In this document: piece by piece, positions 36,446-49,074 of the stretch
Position numbering within the stretch: the first letter of the stretch is position 1
How the letters are laid out: each line of letters starts with the position of its first letter
Source of the DNA: Squalus acanthias
Taxonomy: Eukaryota
NCBI GenBank assembly: GCA_030390025.1
Contig: CM059432.1
Span: forward strand, 41,294,001 to 41,358,000
Length of the DNA stretch: 64,000 nucleotides
Direction: 5' to 3'
Position numbers and translations under genes: made by a program
Notes under the pieces: model-generated
The model's database searches: none
The model's input: the letters and a program-made list of their open reading frames with translations, nothing else
Told to the model about the DNA's origin: nothing

Positions 36446-37283
36446 GGCCCTGATATTTACAGGAAGGTGGGGAGGCAGCAGAGGGGGTGGGGGGCGGGGT
36501 TGTACTGGCTGGGAAACCCGGAACTGCGGGTAACGCGGAGGTCCTGCCGAAGTTAACGGCAGGGACCAGTTTGAATTTTTTTCTCTGTTTCCCGGCCGGC
36601 AGTCAGCCAGCCATTTTGAGAGGCTGGCTGGCTGTTGGGCAGGAAAGCCTGCAACGGAAGGCCGCAGCCGGGGAGCGTAGAGAAGGAAGAGAGAGATCAT
36701 TGGGGGTTAGGGGACATCACGGGGGCGAGGTCGCAGGTCGGTGAGATCGCAGGGGGGCTTCAGATCATGAGTCAGGTAGGAGATGGTGGGTCCGCCTGGA
36801 GATCGGGGGTGGGGTGGGTGGGGTGGCATCGGGACATGAGGGGCGGGGTCGGCTGATCGCAGTAGGGGGGGAAGCCCGATTGTGGGGACAGAAGCCGATC
36901 ATAGTAGGTTAGCTTAGGGGGCCGGGGGAAAGCATTCCTGCTCCTCCTGGCCCACAAGCAGTGCTGGAAAAGCACTTAACTGCTGGATCCAGCTGTTCTC
37001 GCTTCCCTTCAGCTATTGGGTTTCCTGAGGCCTGGGAAACCGGGTCTGCAGCTGTTAAATGTAAAAGTCTGTTAAAATCTGAGGCATGCAGCCTCATTAG
37101 CATATTTAAATTACTGCCCCACCTCTTGAGAGCAGGTTACTCGCCTGCCCCCCAACCCACCCTGGTTAAACCAGAAGTATGTGCGTTTGTGGCTGGTTGA
37201 GGTCGGGTTTCAGATTTTTTAGAATTTAACCCGCCCCCACCCCGACACTGTCCCACCCGTCCTGGATGTTTAAAATTCCCCCC
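36446..37283. mobile_element. Harbinger-type MITE with TSD ATT and divergent ends
   Basis: ATT then GGCCCTGATATTTA at the left; TAAAATTCCCCCC then ATT at the right. GC-rich body typical of the MITEs in this window. Confidence 0.55.
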
Positions 37284-38039
37284 ATTATCTCAGGTATAGA
37301 GTCACTCCCGTAAGCAGCCCAAGTGTGCCGCACTGCCCAATATATGATAGTGTAATTTGGGGGTGTAACAATAGGACTCTCTTGTGTCTCTAAATTCAGC
37401 CACACGGTGCCTGTTTTTCGGCTGCTAACCAGCCTACTAAACCCTCAATATTGAAGGCAGGAAGCGTGCGCACATTTCCGGCTGGAAATGCACCGCCCAC
37501 CATATTGGGACAGGAAAAAAAAACCATACAGTGCCCACACCTGAAATAGGCGTTCGGCCCTTCGCATGTGCAAATAAGGAGCCTAATGCCTATTTGAGGC
37601 CCCCACTGCAAAATTGGTTTGCCCTCAGGCAGCAAAACCAGACCTGGGACCAGCTGCTACTAAAAAAGTGAAGTTTTTGAAATTTACTTACCTGAATGTG
37701 GAGCCAGAAGGAGCAGGATCGAATTGAATGGCGGAACAAGTTTGAGGGGTTGAGTGGCATACTGCTGCTCCTATCTTCCTATTTTCCATATGTTAGTGTT
37801 AAATAGACTGTCATCCGTTATATTCTACAAAATGGCTCATCTGGCTTTATTATAGATCTGCAACCTGTGACTTTATTTTAAAACTCATTCCCAAACTCTT
37901 GAAATAAACTATCAAAAATCACAACATTGACAGACATACTGTAGAATATTTTTGATCGGAAAAACTCTTTTTCCCATAACTTTGCTCTAGCTGCTTTTTT
38001 TTGGATGGCCAACAGGATGTATGGCCCTCCTTCTTAAAT

Positions 38040-39965
38040 CCCTCTCGAGAATTGTGTCTTAGGAGGCTACCGTTCAACCCAAACACTCTGGGGCCCCTGG
38101 TCTCTGCTGCAGACCATATCAGGAGCTAGGATTGTGCATTCAGTTGTAGAGAAGGTCGTAACAGCACTCAGTTTCTCCAAGCTGTCACTCGTAACTTCGG
38201 CTGTATAAATCAATTTGAAGTGCATACCTGCATACTGATAGTGTTTGCCATCGCAAAATTTTGACAGAGTTGCAGGATCTCATAAGTGTCTTGGGCATAT
38301 GTGGCTAATCACGCCCTGACAACCCTCATTATTTTGTTAACAGAAACTCCCTGAAATTTCAGTTATTATGCAATTACAGGTGCCAGCTCCATCATGTGAG
38401 GGCAGAGTCTGCTGCTGGCTGTCGTGATGCATTTGACCTTCAAAAGCGTCCCTGCCCTGGTTTACAATGAAATAAAGAAAGAACTTGCATTTATATAGTG
38501 CCTTTCACAACCTCAGGACGTCCCAAAGTGCTTCACAGCCAATTAATTACATTTGAAATGTAATCACTGTTTTAATGTAGGGACATTCGGCAGCCAATCT
38601 GTGCACAGCAAGGTCCCACAAACAGCAACGAGATAAAAGATGCAAGAATGCTACCATTGAGCCAAGGCTGACACCAATGAAGGTCAAGTTTCAGAATGGC
38701 TCTTTGGAGACACTGGCTACCCTGTTCCTCCCATGGCTCATGACACCAATGTATCAGAAGAGAGATATAATCACATAAGATCAAGAATTCGAATAGAGCA
38801 ATCAATACGCATGCTGAAAGGAAGATTTAGATGCCTGTATAAGTCAGGGCATGCCATGCAGTACGTTTTTAGCATTGTCTCAAGAATTGTGATAGCCTTG
38901 TTGAGTCCTCGCTGTCCAGAAAGGACTAGATATTGATATGTCAGAGGAGGAGGAGGGAGAAGCAGATGGAGACACCGTGGAGGCAGAATTTTAGGCAGAA
39001 GAAGAGGAAGCAACTGCAACAGCAACAAGAAAACTGCAAAAGAAGCATACTAAGGGTACCTTTACTGAAGCCTTTGCTACTGCTTGTCTAATCACATTTA
39101 TCCTTCATAGAGAAGCACTATTTAGACACACCAGCCTTGTCCTAAATTCACTCCACTGCTCCTTGTATGTAACAGTGACTGGAAAAAACAAAGCCAACAC
39201 ATTACACTCACTAAAAAGGAGCCATCCTTGTTTAATGTCTCCAGAAAATCCCAAATTCACACTATTGTCCTGAGGGAATGATTGTGCTGCAGAAAAAGAC
39301 ACTGGACTCTATTGCTATCCCATTCATGTGCCACACATCTGCTAAGAGGTTGCACAGTGCCACCATATGTATCCGATGCTCTGCAAACATTCTTTTCATG
39401 GAGCCCTGAGATCATCATCCACACGCTTTGCAGCCGGAGCCTGAAATCCCTTTAAACTGCGCTCAACAACATCAGACTCGACTTCAACACATTCATCCTC
39501 TGGCTTCCCTGTGCTCTAGGCTTCACCCAGTGGCATTTCCTCTTCTAAACTATTTTGGCGATCCCCAATCACCCTATCTGGGCTGGTGATTACAAGTGAG
39601 AGTGATAGGGTGGGCAAGTTTCTGTGCTTGGTGGCAGATGTAGATGAACCTGATATCTCATCACCAACCATTTCCAGTGTTCCTTCTTTGTCTGCTGATT
39701 CTGAAGATACAAAAGAGACAGGTGTTATCAGAGGTTTGTGATGGATGCGCGGTAAGCCGCTTCTCTAGTTTTGGCTCATCCGCAGCTTTGTTCTGTTCTG
39801 ACACATGCATTTGGGGGCAAGCTGACTTCCTCTGCCAAGTTTTCCAGGCCTACTTGGGTGAAACTGCACTATTGCTGGGAAAAAAAACATGTCCTTTTCC
39901 TGTGCAGCTATGTTCTGTGCTGTGAGCCCGCTGAGGTTGCATTAAGGACTTCAGAAGTCTGGCCC
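38040..39965 (+). pseudogene. Old Harbinger #3 remnant: transposase (+, about 38040-39060, split by a SINE at about 38476-38670) and Myb-like remnant (-, about 39750-39870)
   Basis: WLFGDTGYP..PWLMTP and EERYNH..RIRIEQSIRMLKGRFRCLYKSG..MQY on +. Minus-strand LAEEVS...RTEQSC resembles the SANT helix of the other two elements. Confidence 0.7.
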
Positions 39966-40456
39966 ATTTATTTTTAACCCATATTTGACAGACTGAGCCA
40001 AAACATAAATGGATGAAAAGTTATTCAAGAAGTGTTTTGACAGATGTGATTGTCTTCTTCCCTTTGTTGATAGGTGATCGATCAGGATTGGTTGTTATCT
40101 TGGTAGTTTCTTATTAGTAGGTTTCTGCTGTTTTGAATTTTGATTTATATATTATCAACTGAGTTCTGACTTGTTACTGTTTTAAGAATATGAAATTTGA
40201 GCCAATTAAAACGTGTGATGCCACAATATGACATGGAAATGTAATGCCCAAAGTATCGTGCCCAAAATGTGATGCCAGAGTGTGACACAAAAAGTATGAC
40301 ATGCTGGACAGGAAATGTGAATTATTGTACTATTTTTAATATATTCATAGAAGTGGATCTCCTCTGGTACTGCTCATGGTAAGTCCCAACATGTGCATTT
40401 TTTAAAGACAGGAGAATTATAGCATTTAATGCAACATGGATTATTCTTCTGCTAAT

Positions 40457-41075
40457 CGAGTACAGGAGCAAGGATGTCCTGCTGCAGTTGTACAGGGCCT
40501 TGGTGAGACCACACCTTGAGTATTGTGTGCAGTTTTGGTCACCTTATCTGAGGAAGGATGTTCTTGCCATGGAGAGAGTGCAGCGAAGATTCACCAGACT
40601 GATACCTGGGATGGCAGGAATGACGTATGAGGAGAGATTGGGTCGATTAGGCTTATATTCGCTAAAGTTTAGAAGAATGAGAGGGGATCTCATTGAAACT
40701 TATAAAATTCTAACAGGACTAGACAGACTAGATGCAGGAAGGATGTTCCCGAAGGCGGGGGAGTCCAGAACCAGGGGTCACAGTCTAAGGATAAGGGGTA
40801 AGCCATTTAGGACTGAGATGAGGAGGAATTTCTTCACCCAGAGAGTGGTGAACCTGTGGAATTCTCTACCACAGAAGGCAGTAGAGGCCAATTCATTAAA
40901 TATATTCAAGAAGGAGTTAGATATATTTCTTAAGGCTAAAGGGATCAAGGGATATGGGGAGAAAGCAGGGACAGGGTACTGAATTTGGATGATCAGCCAT
41001 GATCTTATTAAATGGCGGAACAGGCTCGAGGGGCCGAATGGCCTACTCCTGCTCCTATCTTCTATATTTCTAATG
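40457..41075 (+). mobile_element. CR1 3' fragment
   Basis: YRALVRPHLEYCVQFWSPYLRKD... to the stop, followed by the CR1 3' UTR. Confidence 0.92.
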
Positions 41076-41610
41076 TTTAGATGTGTACCTCTTTAAGTTG
41101 TAATTGTTCTGCATTCTTGAAATGAATACTTGGGTGGTTACAGGCCAGATTGCCTTTCTTTCTCTATTTTTAAGTGTTTAAAGCTGCAAAGTTTATTAAG
41201 TAAATGGAAGTTGATGTCACTCAGAGTTTAATTGTATGGTGAAGGTATTGTGGAGAGTGGAATGTGCTTGTCAGTTGCAGCTGAGAAGTATACAACATTT
41301 GTAGGTTGCTTTGTATCTGTAACAAAATGTGACATTTTGCTTGAACAGGTAATCCATTTGTAATATATTATGACAACAATAGCACCTTTAAGGTAGTAAA
41401 ACATTCCAAGGTGCTTCATAGGAGCATTATCAAACAAAATTTGACACCGAGCAACATAATGATATAATAGGACAGCAGACTAAAAGCTTGGTCAAAGAGG
41501 TAGGTTTTAAGGAGCGCCTTAAAGGAGGAGAGAGGTGGAGAGGCGGACAGGTATAGAGCGAGAATTCTAGAGCTTAGGGCCAAAGCAGCTGAAGGCACGG
41601 CCGCCATGGT

Positions 41611-44600
41611 TTTTATTTTATATTTGTTCATGGGATGTGGGCATCGCTGGCAAGGCCAGCATTTATTACCCATCCCTAGTTGTCCTTGAGAAGGTGGTGG
41701 TGAGCCGCCTTCTTGAACCGCTGCAGTCCGTGTGGTGAAGGTACTCCCACAGTGCTGTTAGGGAGGGAGTTCCAGGATTTTGACCAAGCGACGATGAAGG
41801 AACGGCGATATACTTCTAAGTCAGGATGGTGTGTGACTTGGAGGGGAACTTGGAGGTGGCGGTGTTCCCATGCGCCTGCTGTCCTTGTCCTTTTAGGTGG
41901 TAGAGGTCGCGGGTTTGGGAGGTGCTGCCGAAGAAGCCTTGGCGAGTTGCTGCAGTGCATCTTGTAGATGGTACACACTGCAGCCACGGTAAGCCAATGG
42001 TAGAGGGAATTAATGTTTAAGGTGGTGGATGGGGTGCTTTGTCTTGGATGGTGTTGAGCTTCTTGAGTGTTGTTGGAACTGCACTCATCCAGGCAAGTGG
42101 AGAGTATTCCATCACACTCCTGACTTGTGCCTTGTAGATGGTGGAAAGCCTTTGGGGAGTCAGGAGGTGAGACACTCGCCACAGATTACCCAGCTTCTGA
42201 CCTGCTCTTGTTGCCACAGTATTTATGTGGCTGGTCCAGTTAAGTTTCTGGTCAATGGTGACCCCCAGGATATTGATGGTGGGGGATTCGGCGATGATAT
42301 TGCCGTTGAATGTCAAGGGGCAGTGGTTGGACACTCGCTTGTTGGAGATGGTCATTGCCTGGCACTTATGTGTCACTTATCAGTCCAAGCCTGAATGTCG
42401 CCCAGGTCTTGCTGCATGCGGGCATGGACTGCTTCATTATGTGAGGAGTTATGAATGGCACTGAACACTGTGAGTTATCAGCGAACATCCCAACTTCTGA
42501 CCTTATGATGGAGGGAAGATCATTGATGAAGCAGCTGAAAATAGTTGGGCCTAGGACACTGCCCTGAGGAACACCTGCAGCAATGTCCTGGGGCTGTGAT
42601 GATTGACCTCCATCCACCACAACCACCTTCCTTTGTGCTAGGTATGACTCCAGCCAGTGGAGAGTTTTGCCCCCGATTCCCATTGACTTCAGTTTTACTA
42701 GGGCTCCTTGATGCCACACTTGGTCAAATGCTGCCTTGATGTCAAGGGAAGTCACTCTCACCTCACCTCTGGAATTCAGCTCTTTTGTCCATGTTTGGAC
42801 CAAGGCTATAATGAGGTCTGGAGCCGAGTGGTCCTGGTGGAATCCAAACTGGGCATCAGTGTGCAGGTTCTTGATGAGTAAGTGCTGCTTGATAGCACTG
42901 TCGACGACACCTTCCATCACTTTGCTGATGATTGAGAGTAGACTGATGGGGCGGTAATTGGCCTGGCTGGATTTGTCCTGCTTTTTGTGGACAGGACATA
43001 CCTGGGCAGTTTTCCACATTGTCGGATAGATGCCAGTGTTATAGCCATACTGGAACAGCTTGGCTAGAGGCGCAACTAGTTCTGGAGCACAAGTCTTCAG
43101 CATGAGAGCCAGGATGTTGTCGGGGCCCACAGCCTTTGCTGTATCCAGTGCACTCAGCCGTTTCTTGATATCACATGGAGTGAATTGAATTGGCTGAAGA
43201 CTGGCTTCTGTGATGGCGGGGACCTCAGGAGGAGGCCGATATGGATCATCCACTCAGCACTTCTGGCTGAAGATGGTTGCAAATGCTTCAGATTTGTCTT
43301 TTGCACTCACGTACTGGGCTCCACCATCATTGAGGATGGGGATATTCATGGAGCCTCCTCCTTCTGTTAGTTGTTTAATGATCCACCACCATTCACGACT
43401 AGATGTGGCAGGACTGCAGAGCTTTGATCTGATCCGTTGATTGTGGGATCGCTTAGCCCTGTCTATAGCATGCTGCTTCCACTTTTTAGCATGCATGTAG
43501 TCCTGTGTTGCAGCTTCCCCAGGTTGGCACCACATTTTTAGGTACATCTGGTGCTGCTCCTGGCATGCTCTTCTACACTCCTTATTGAACCAGGGTTGGT
43601 CCCCTGGCTTGATGGTAATGGCAGAGTGAGGGATATGCCGGGCCATGAGGTTATAGATTGTGGTGGAATACAATTCTGCTGCTTTTGATGGCCCACAGCA
43701 CCTCATGGATGCCCAGTTTTGAGCTGCTAGATCTGTTCTGAATCTATCCCATTTAGCACGGTGGTAGTGCCACACACTACGATTGATGGTGTCCTCAGTG
43801 TGAAGACGGGACTTCGTCTCCACAATGACTGTGCGGTGGTCACTGCTACCAATGCTGACATGGACAGATGCATCTGCGACAGGTAGATTGGTGAGGACGA
43901 GGTCAAGTAGGTTTTTCCCTCGTGTTGGTTCTCTCACCACCTGTCGCAGGCCCAGACTGGCAGCTATGTCCTTCAGGACTCGGCCAGCTCGGTCAGTAGT
44001 GGTGCTACCGAGCCACTCCTGGTGATGGACATTGAAGTCCCCTACCCAGAGTACATTCTGTGCCCTTACTACTCTCAGTGCTTCTTCCAAGTGGTGTTCA
44101 ACATGGAGGAGTACTGATTCATCTGCTGTGGGAAGGCGGTAGGTGGTAATCAACAGGAGGTTTCCTTGCCCGTGCTTGACCTGAAGCTATGAGACTTCAT
44201 GGGGTCCGGAGTCAATGTTGAGGACTCCCAGGACCACTCCTTCCCGACTGTATACCACTGTGCCGCCACCCCTGGTGGGTCTGTCCTGCCGGTGGGACAG
44301 GACATACCCAGGGATGGTGATGGAGGAGTTTGGGACAGTGGCTGAAAGGTATGATTCTGTGAGTATGACTATGTCAGGCTGCTGCTTGACTAGTCTGTGG
44401 GACAGCTCTCCCAATTTTGGCACAAGTCCCCAGATGTTGGTGAGGAGGACTTTGCAGGGTCGACTGGGCTAGGTGTGCCGTTGTTGTGTCCGTAGCCGGT
44501 GCCAAAGTCGTTGCCGGGTGGTCCGTCCGGTTTTATTCTTATTGTTTTTTGTAGTGGTTTTTACAACTGAGTGGCTTGCTGGGCCATTTCAGAGGGCAGT

Positions 44601-44790
44601 TAAGAGTCAACCACATTGCTGTGGGTCTGGAGCCAGACCAGGTAAGGACGGCAAATTTCCTTCCCTAAAGGACATTAATGAACCAGATGGGTTTTTACGA
44701 TAATCTGAAAGTTTCATGGTCACCATTACTGATACTAGCTTTTTATTCCAGATTTATTTAATTAACTGAATTTAAATTCCCCAGCTGCCT
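41611..44790 (-). mobile_element. CR1/L2-group LINE of a second lineage: APE+RT with a few stops and frameshifts, no ORF1 seen
   Basis: APE motifs VLLTNIWGL, LTESYL, VGDFNVHH, SDH. RT motifs YRPISLLS, DIKAAFD, GVPQGSVLGP, MFADN. A-rich 3' tail at about 41611. Confidence 0.92.
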
Positions 44791-44863
44791 TGGTGGAGCG
44801 GTTAAAATCGGAGATGCACAAGAGGCCAGAATTGGGAGAGTGCAGAGATCTCAGAGGGTTATA

Positions 44864-45183
44864 GGGCTGGTGGAGGTTACAGAGATAGGGAGGGGCGAGG
44901 CGGGGTTGTGGGGCTGGTGGAGGTTACAGAGATAGGGAGGGGCGAGGCGGGGTTGTGGGGCTGGTGGAGGTTACAGAGATAGGGAGGGGCGAGGCGGGGT
45001 TGTGGGGCTGGTGGAGATTACAGAGATAGGGAGGGGCGAGGCGGGGTTGTGGGGCTGGTGGAGGTTACAGAGATAGGGAGGGGCGAGGCGGGGTTGTGGG
45101 GCTGGTGGAGGTTACAGAGATAGGGAGGGGCGAGGCGGGGTTGTGGGGCTGGTGGAGGTTACAGAGATAGGGAGGGGCGAGGA
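44864..45183. repeat. 47-bp minisatellite, about 7 near-perfect copies, expanded from the L2 sequence
   Basis: AGAGATAGGG recurs at 44881, 44928 ... 45163 (period 47). Confidence 0.95.
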
Positions 45184-45789
45184 GGCCACGGAGGGATTAG
45201 AAAGCAAGGATGAGAATTTTAAAATCGAGGCGTTGCTTAACCGGGAGCCAATGTAGGTCAGCGAGCACAGGGGTGGTGGGTGAACGGGACTTGGTACGAG
45301 TTAGGATACAGGCAGCAGATTTTTGAATGATTTCAGGTTGATGGTGGGTGGAAGATGGGAGGCCGGCCAGGAAAGCATTGGAATAGTCAAGTCTAGAAGT
45401 AACAAAAAAAAAGGCATGGATGAGGGTTTCGGTAAGTAACTCTACAGTGGTGCTGCTCAGTAAGTCAGAGGATGTGCTGTATTATAAGGTTGGGGAAACT
45501 ATACCAAGTGTAGGTATATGTCCCTTTATGCTGCAGTGTATAATTGTTAATTAAACACTGAGTTCATATACCAGTCAATTAAGAGGCTGCTGCTGTTTAG
45601 TAAACAGTTGGTGAGTTCACAGAAATATTAATTTAGATAATAAAAACTGGGATTGAAAACCCAGCACAACGTTGATCACAGCATAAATGACAAGATCTGC
45701 CTGCCTGTGATCTCGGACTCTATCCCCGCCATGGTTTGCAGGAGCAGGAGGAGATCATCCAATTGATGCTTGCCTACCCATTCTGATAA

Positions 45790-46090
45790 CATTGCAAGTT
45801 TCTCAGCTCAGCTGTACATCTCCCACTCCCTTCACCCCACCATTGGTGGCTGTTCCGTCAGCCATCTGGGCATTCAGCTCTGGAATTCCCTCCCTGAACC
45901 TCTCCGTCTCTCCACCTCTCTCTCCTCCGTTAAGAGCCTCCTTGAAACTCACCTCTTTGACCAAGCTTTTAGGACCACCCGTCCTAATATCTCTTTCTTT
46001 GGCTGGCTGTCAAAGTTTGTCTTATCCCGCTCCTGTGAAGCACCTTGGGACGTTTCCCTACGGTAAAGGCAAGTTGTTGTTAGAACTTGC
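45790..46090 (+). mobile_element. L2-type LINE 3' end
   Basis: CCACCATTGGTGGCTGTTCC...CTCTGGAATTCCCTCCCT...CTCTTTGACCAAGCTTTT...GCAAGTTGTTGTT tail. Confidence 0.75.
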
Positions 46091-48058
46091 CTTTACTGTA
46101 GGGAAACACCCCAAGGTGCTTCACAGGAGCAGAATTTATTAAATGAAGTTTACCCTAAATAAAACTCGTATCAAATATTTGCTGATATCGAAAGTGAGTG
46201 TATGTAGATGCAATAGTGCTGAGTCAGTGGATCCTTTCCCAAGATTATATTTCAAGGCCAGTCAAGATGTTATGTGGAAATCTCACAAAGTTAAAGCAAT
46301 TAATTTAATATTGAGCTGTGCACACCTTGTCTCCTCAGCTCTCCACAATGCTCTGTCAGTGTCCAGGTATTGCAAAACTGCTACTGATTTGATTGATTAC
46401 TGCTCACTCACTCCAGTCTGTGCTCATATTGGCTTTAGTCCCTACTGCATTATTTTAAAAGATCAATATTTTGAACTTCCGCAATCTGACATCTGGCCTT
46501 CTGCCTTGACCTGGCTGGAATTGCATGATTAATCCACTGAGTGCAGGGCTGATCACCTCCTGCGCTCCCCCCACCCACCCCCCCACCCCCCGCCCCGCAG
46601 CCCCACATATCCCCCAACCAGAGTTTAAGGTTTACTTTGAAATAAATCAATTCTGTCCGCTGTGGGCTGCTTTTCCTCACACTGTTGACCAACCTTCAGG
46701 TTTGCCGTAGGACCGATCATCCACTACACCCCCTCATCAGACTTTCCATTTAGTGGATTGTAAAAAAAAATGGAAGGTGGCTGCTTTTGAGTTTTTTTAA
46801 CAGAAACAACCACTTGCTTTATGGGCCCGGAATTCTTTAGGCCCGGGACGCGTGGTTTGCTGGGCTGCTGGCCGATATTTGGGGCGGACCTGCTCGGGTT
46901 TCTGCCCCCTTTCAGCCCCATTAGAATTCAGAGGCACTTTCAGGAGTGGGCATAATATAATGCAATATAAATGAGGGAAATATATAGCATGCAACATATT
47001 TCGTCCTTTACACACAAAGTGGAGTGGCGGCGGGGGGGGGGGGGGGGACTTTGAAAGCCAGTTGGAATTTTTCACTTCCACTATGATTAGAAAGCACACT
47101 GTCTTGAAGCCCACATACTTGCTGGATTAGTAACTGGCCTGGACCACAGCAGCAAATGACGAGGAAGTGAAAAACACTTGACTGTAGCGGTCTTAGCAAC
47201 AGGCCAATTTCCAGTCTTGATGCTCAGTAATTTGCTGTTATAACTGGCTGAGAAACATTAACATGTTTCATTTGCTTCTTCAGCCGAGAAAATGGCATAA
47301 AAAGCAAACGGAACTGTTTAAAAATGTTCAATCTCCCTCCCAGAGGCCCTGCTGTGAGCCCACTAATGTTGCATTAAGGTACTGCAGCAAATTTCCTTCT
47401 CCACCCCACCCCCCATCCACCCTCGTCCCCACCCCGCTCCCCCACCCCCACCTCAGGTGGGCACTCCAGTTGTAAGAAATGGCTCAGGTGCCTGCCCAAA
47501 GTATTTTGATGACGCTGACCCCAGGATTTCAGACGGGGCAGGGTCATTGACAGTGGGCAGGGAGAAATTCTGTTCTGCCCCAAATCTGCCCACCCTCTCC
47601 CAGACCACCCAGGAATTTTAAAGCCATGATTTTTTTTAACAAATGGTAGATAGGAGACTGTGTTAAAAAAATTAAAACAAGGTGGGTTTTTCTTTTAAAA
47701 AGGAGGTAGGCATTTAAATAAAAAGGAGGTGGGATGATGGCTGTTTTTGCTTAAAACAAATGAAAGTGGCTTTGTTTTGAAAAAAAACCGAAGGGGATTA
47801 TTTGTTTGTGTTGTGCTTGGGGTAAAGGGATAGTGCAAATTGTGCAACCGGGTTTGGGTAGAATTTTGAATCGTTAAGCAATATGGAAATTCAAAGGGGG
47901 CATGGTAACAGCAAAGGGGTGTGGCTTAACATCGCTTGATATTTGTACTGTAGGGCTTGGCAATACTGTAGACTGACTGTTGCTGCACCTTTGTATATGA
48001 CTGAAATGATTTGAATCAGGGATCTTTCCGCCTTATTTGTCAAAACACGTCGATTGTA

Positions 48059-48181
48059 TTTTATGAGGTACGGATCCGAGTAAATCATTAGCTGCAATAA
48101 ATTGACGGTTAAAGTTTGACAAAGTCTTTTTGGTATCAGGTCTCACTTTGTTACTTTCAGCTTCTGAACCGAAGGAGATAA
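48059..48181 (+). promoter_or_regulatory. Putative intestinal-type promoter (CDX, HNF1, HNF4-like and GATA motifs) for CDH17
   Basis: TTTTATGA at 48059-48066; GTAAATCATTAGC at 48080-48092 (11/13 to the HNF1 consensus GTTAATNATTAAC); GCAATAAA at 48094-48101; CAAAGTCT at 48120-48127; AGATAA at 48176-48181. Lies in TE-poor sequence. Confidence 0.6.
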
Positions 48182-48208
48182 AGCAAAAGCCAAAAATCTG
48201 ATTGACAG
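48130..48208 (+). other. Putative non-coding first exon of CDH17 (start approximate)
   Basis: Strong donor CAG|GTAACT at 48208/48209 immediately downstream of the motif cluster. Confidence 0.45.
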
Positions 48209-48928
48209 GTAACTGAAAACTTATTTTACATATTGCAGCTGCTGTTTGTGTGTGGTATGAAAATTTAAGATTGGCGGTAAGGTAGTGTTAGAACTTGCAG
48301 GGGCTGCTTCTAAAACACAGCCTTGTACCTGGGTGAAGAGACTGGTTTCCAAAGGGCGTAGTTCTTGGTAAATGTTGTGCAATTGACAGTTGTTGGCAAG
48401 CTTATACTGCAACTTACAGTATAAAAAAACATTTGTTTCTGTTTTCGACTAAACAGTATATTTTAAAATAATTTTATCTGACAACGTGGAAGCACATGCT
48501 GCAAAAAGTAATGATTTCACTAATTTGTCTCGGTAATATCTTCAGTTATCTATGTAAGAAGAAAATGAGTTCCATACAGTCTTGTGACCGATTTGTGCTT
48601 TTGTTCAGTTTCTGATTGAGGTTTTATTGATCTGACTGCAGACTGAGGCGCTGATTTGAAAAAGGAATTGTTAAACAGCTCTTGTATAATGTAAAAATGG
48701 TGACTGACTGAGGTTGTTCGTGAGACCCACCCGATTAATGCAACCTGTTACAATCAGGTCTGACAGGTTTATAATAGCTTGCATGCACTCTTGACATTAT
48801 AAAACAATACAACAACTGTGACTATCCACAAGTTACAGTAGGCAGCACTCTTTATAATCTCAATATATTATTGTATTACATATTTAGAATGGTTTCTGTG
48901 ATTTTTTTGATGTTTTAAAAGCAAATAA

Positions 48929-49074
48929 GCCTGGAAATTATCCTGTACGGTATTATAATGCAAAAATAAACAGGTTAATGCCTCCTATAAAATAGCAGAC
49001 AGAAGAATTTGTACAAACATTGAACACAAAGGTGGTCAGTGTTTGTACAATATCGCACAGTGTAATTTCCATGC
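48929..49074. mobile_element. Small MITE with an internal hairpin
   Basis: TIRs GCCTGGAAATTATCCTGTACGGTAT and ATATCGCACAGTGTAATTTCCATGC. Internal 19-bp stem at about 49009-49050. Confidence 0.65.

Larger units (their letters stand above)
41370..45430 (-). mobile_element. L2-type LINE 3' region split by the LINE at 41611-44790
   Basis: GCAGCTGAAGGCACGGCCGCCATGGT before the insert continues as TGGTGGAGCGGTTAAAATCGG after it. A copy in the opposite orientation lies at 45790-46090. Confidence 0.7.

Noticed and set aside
40210..40320. Degenerate ~14-bp repeats (AAATGTGATGCC-like)
   Set aside because: Too short and decayed to support any function; likely an old minisatellite.
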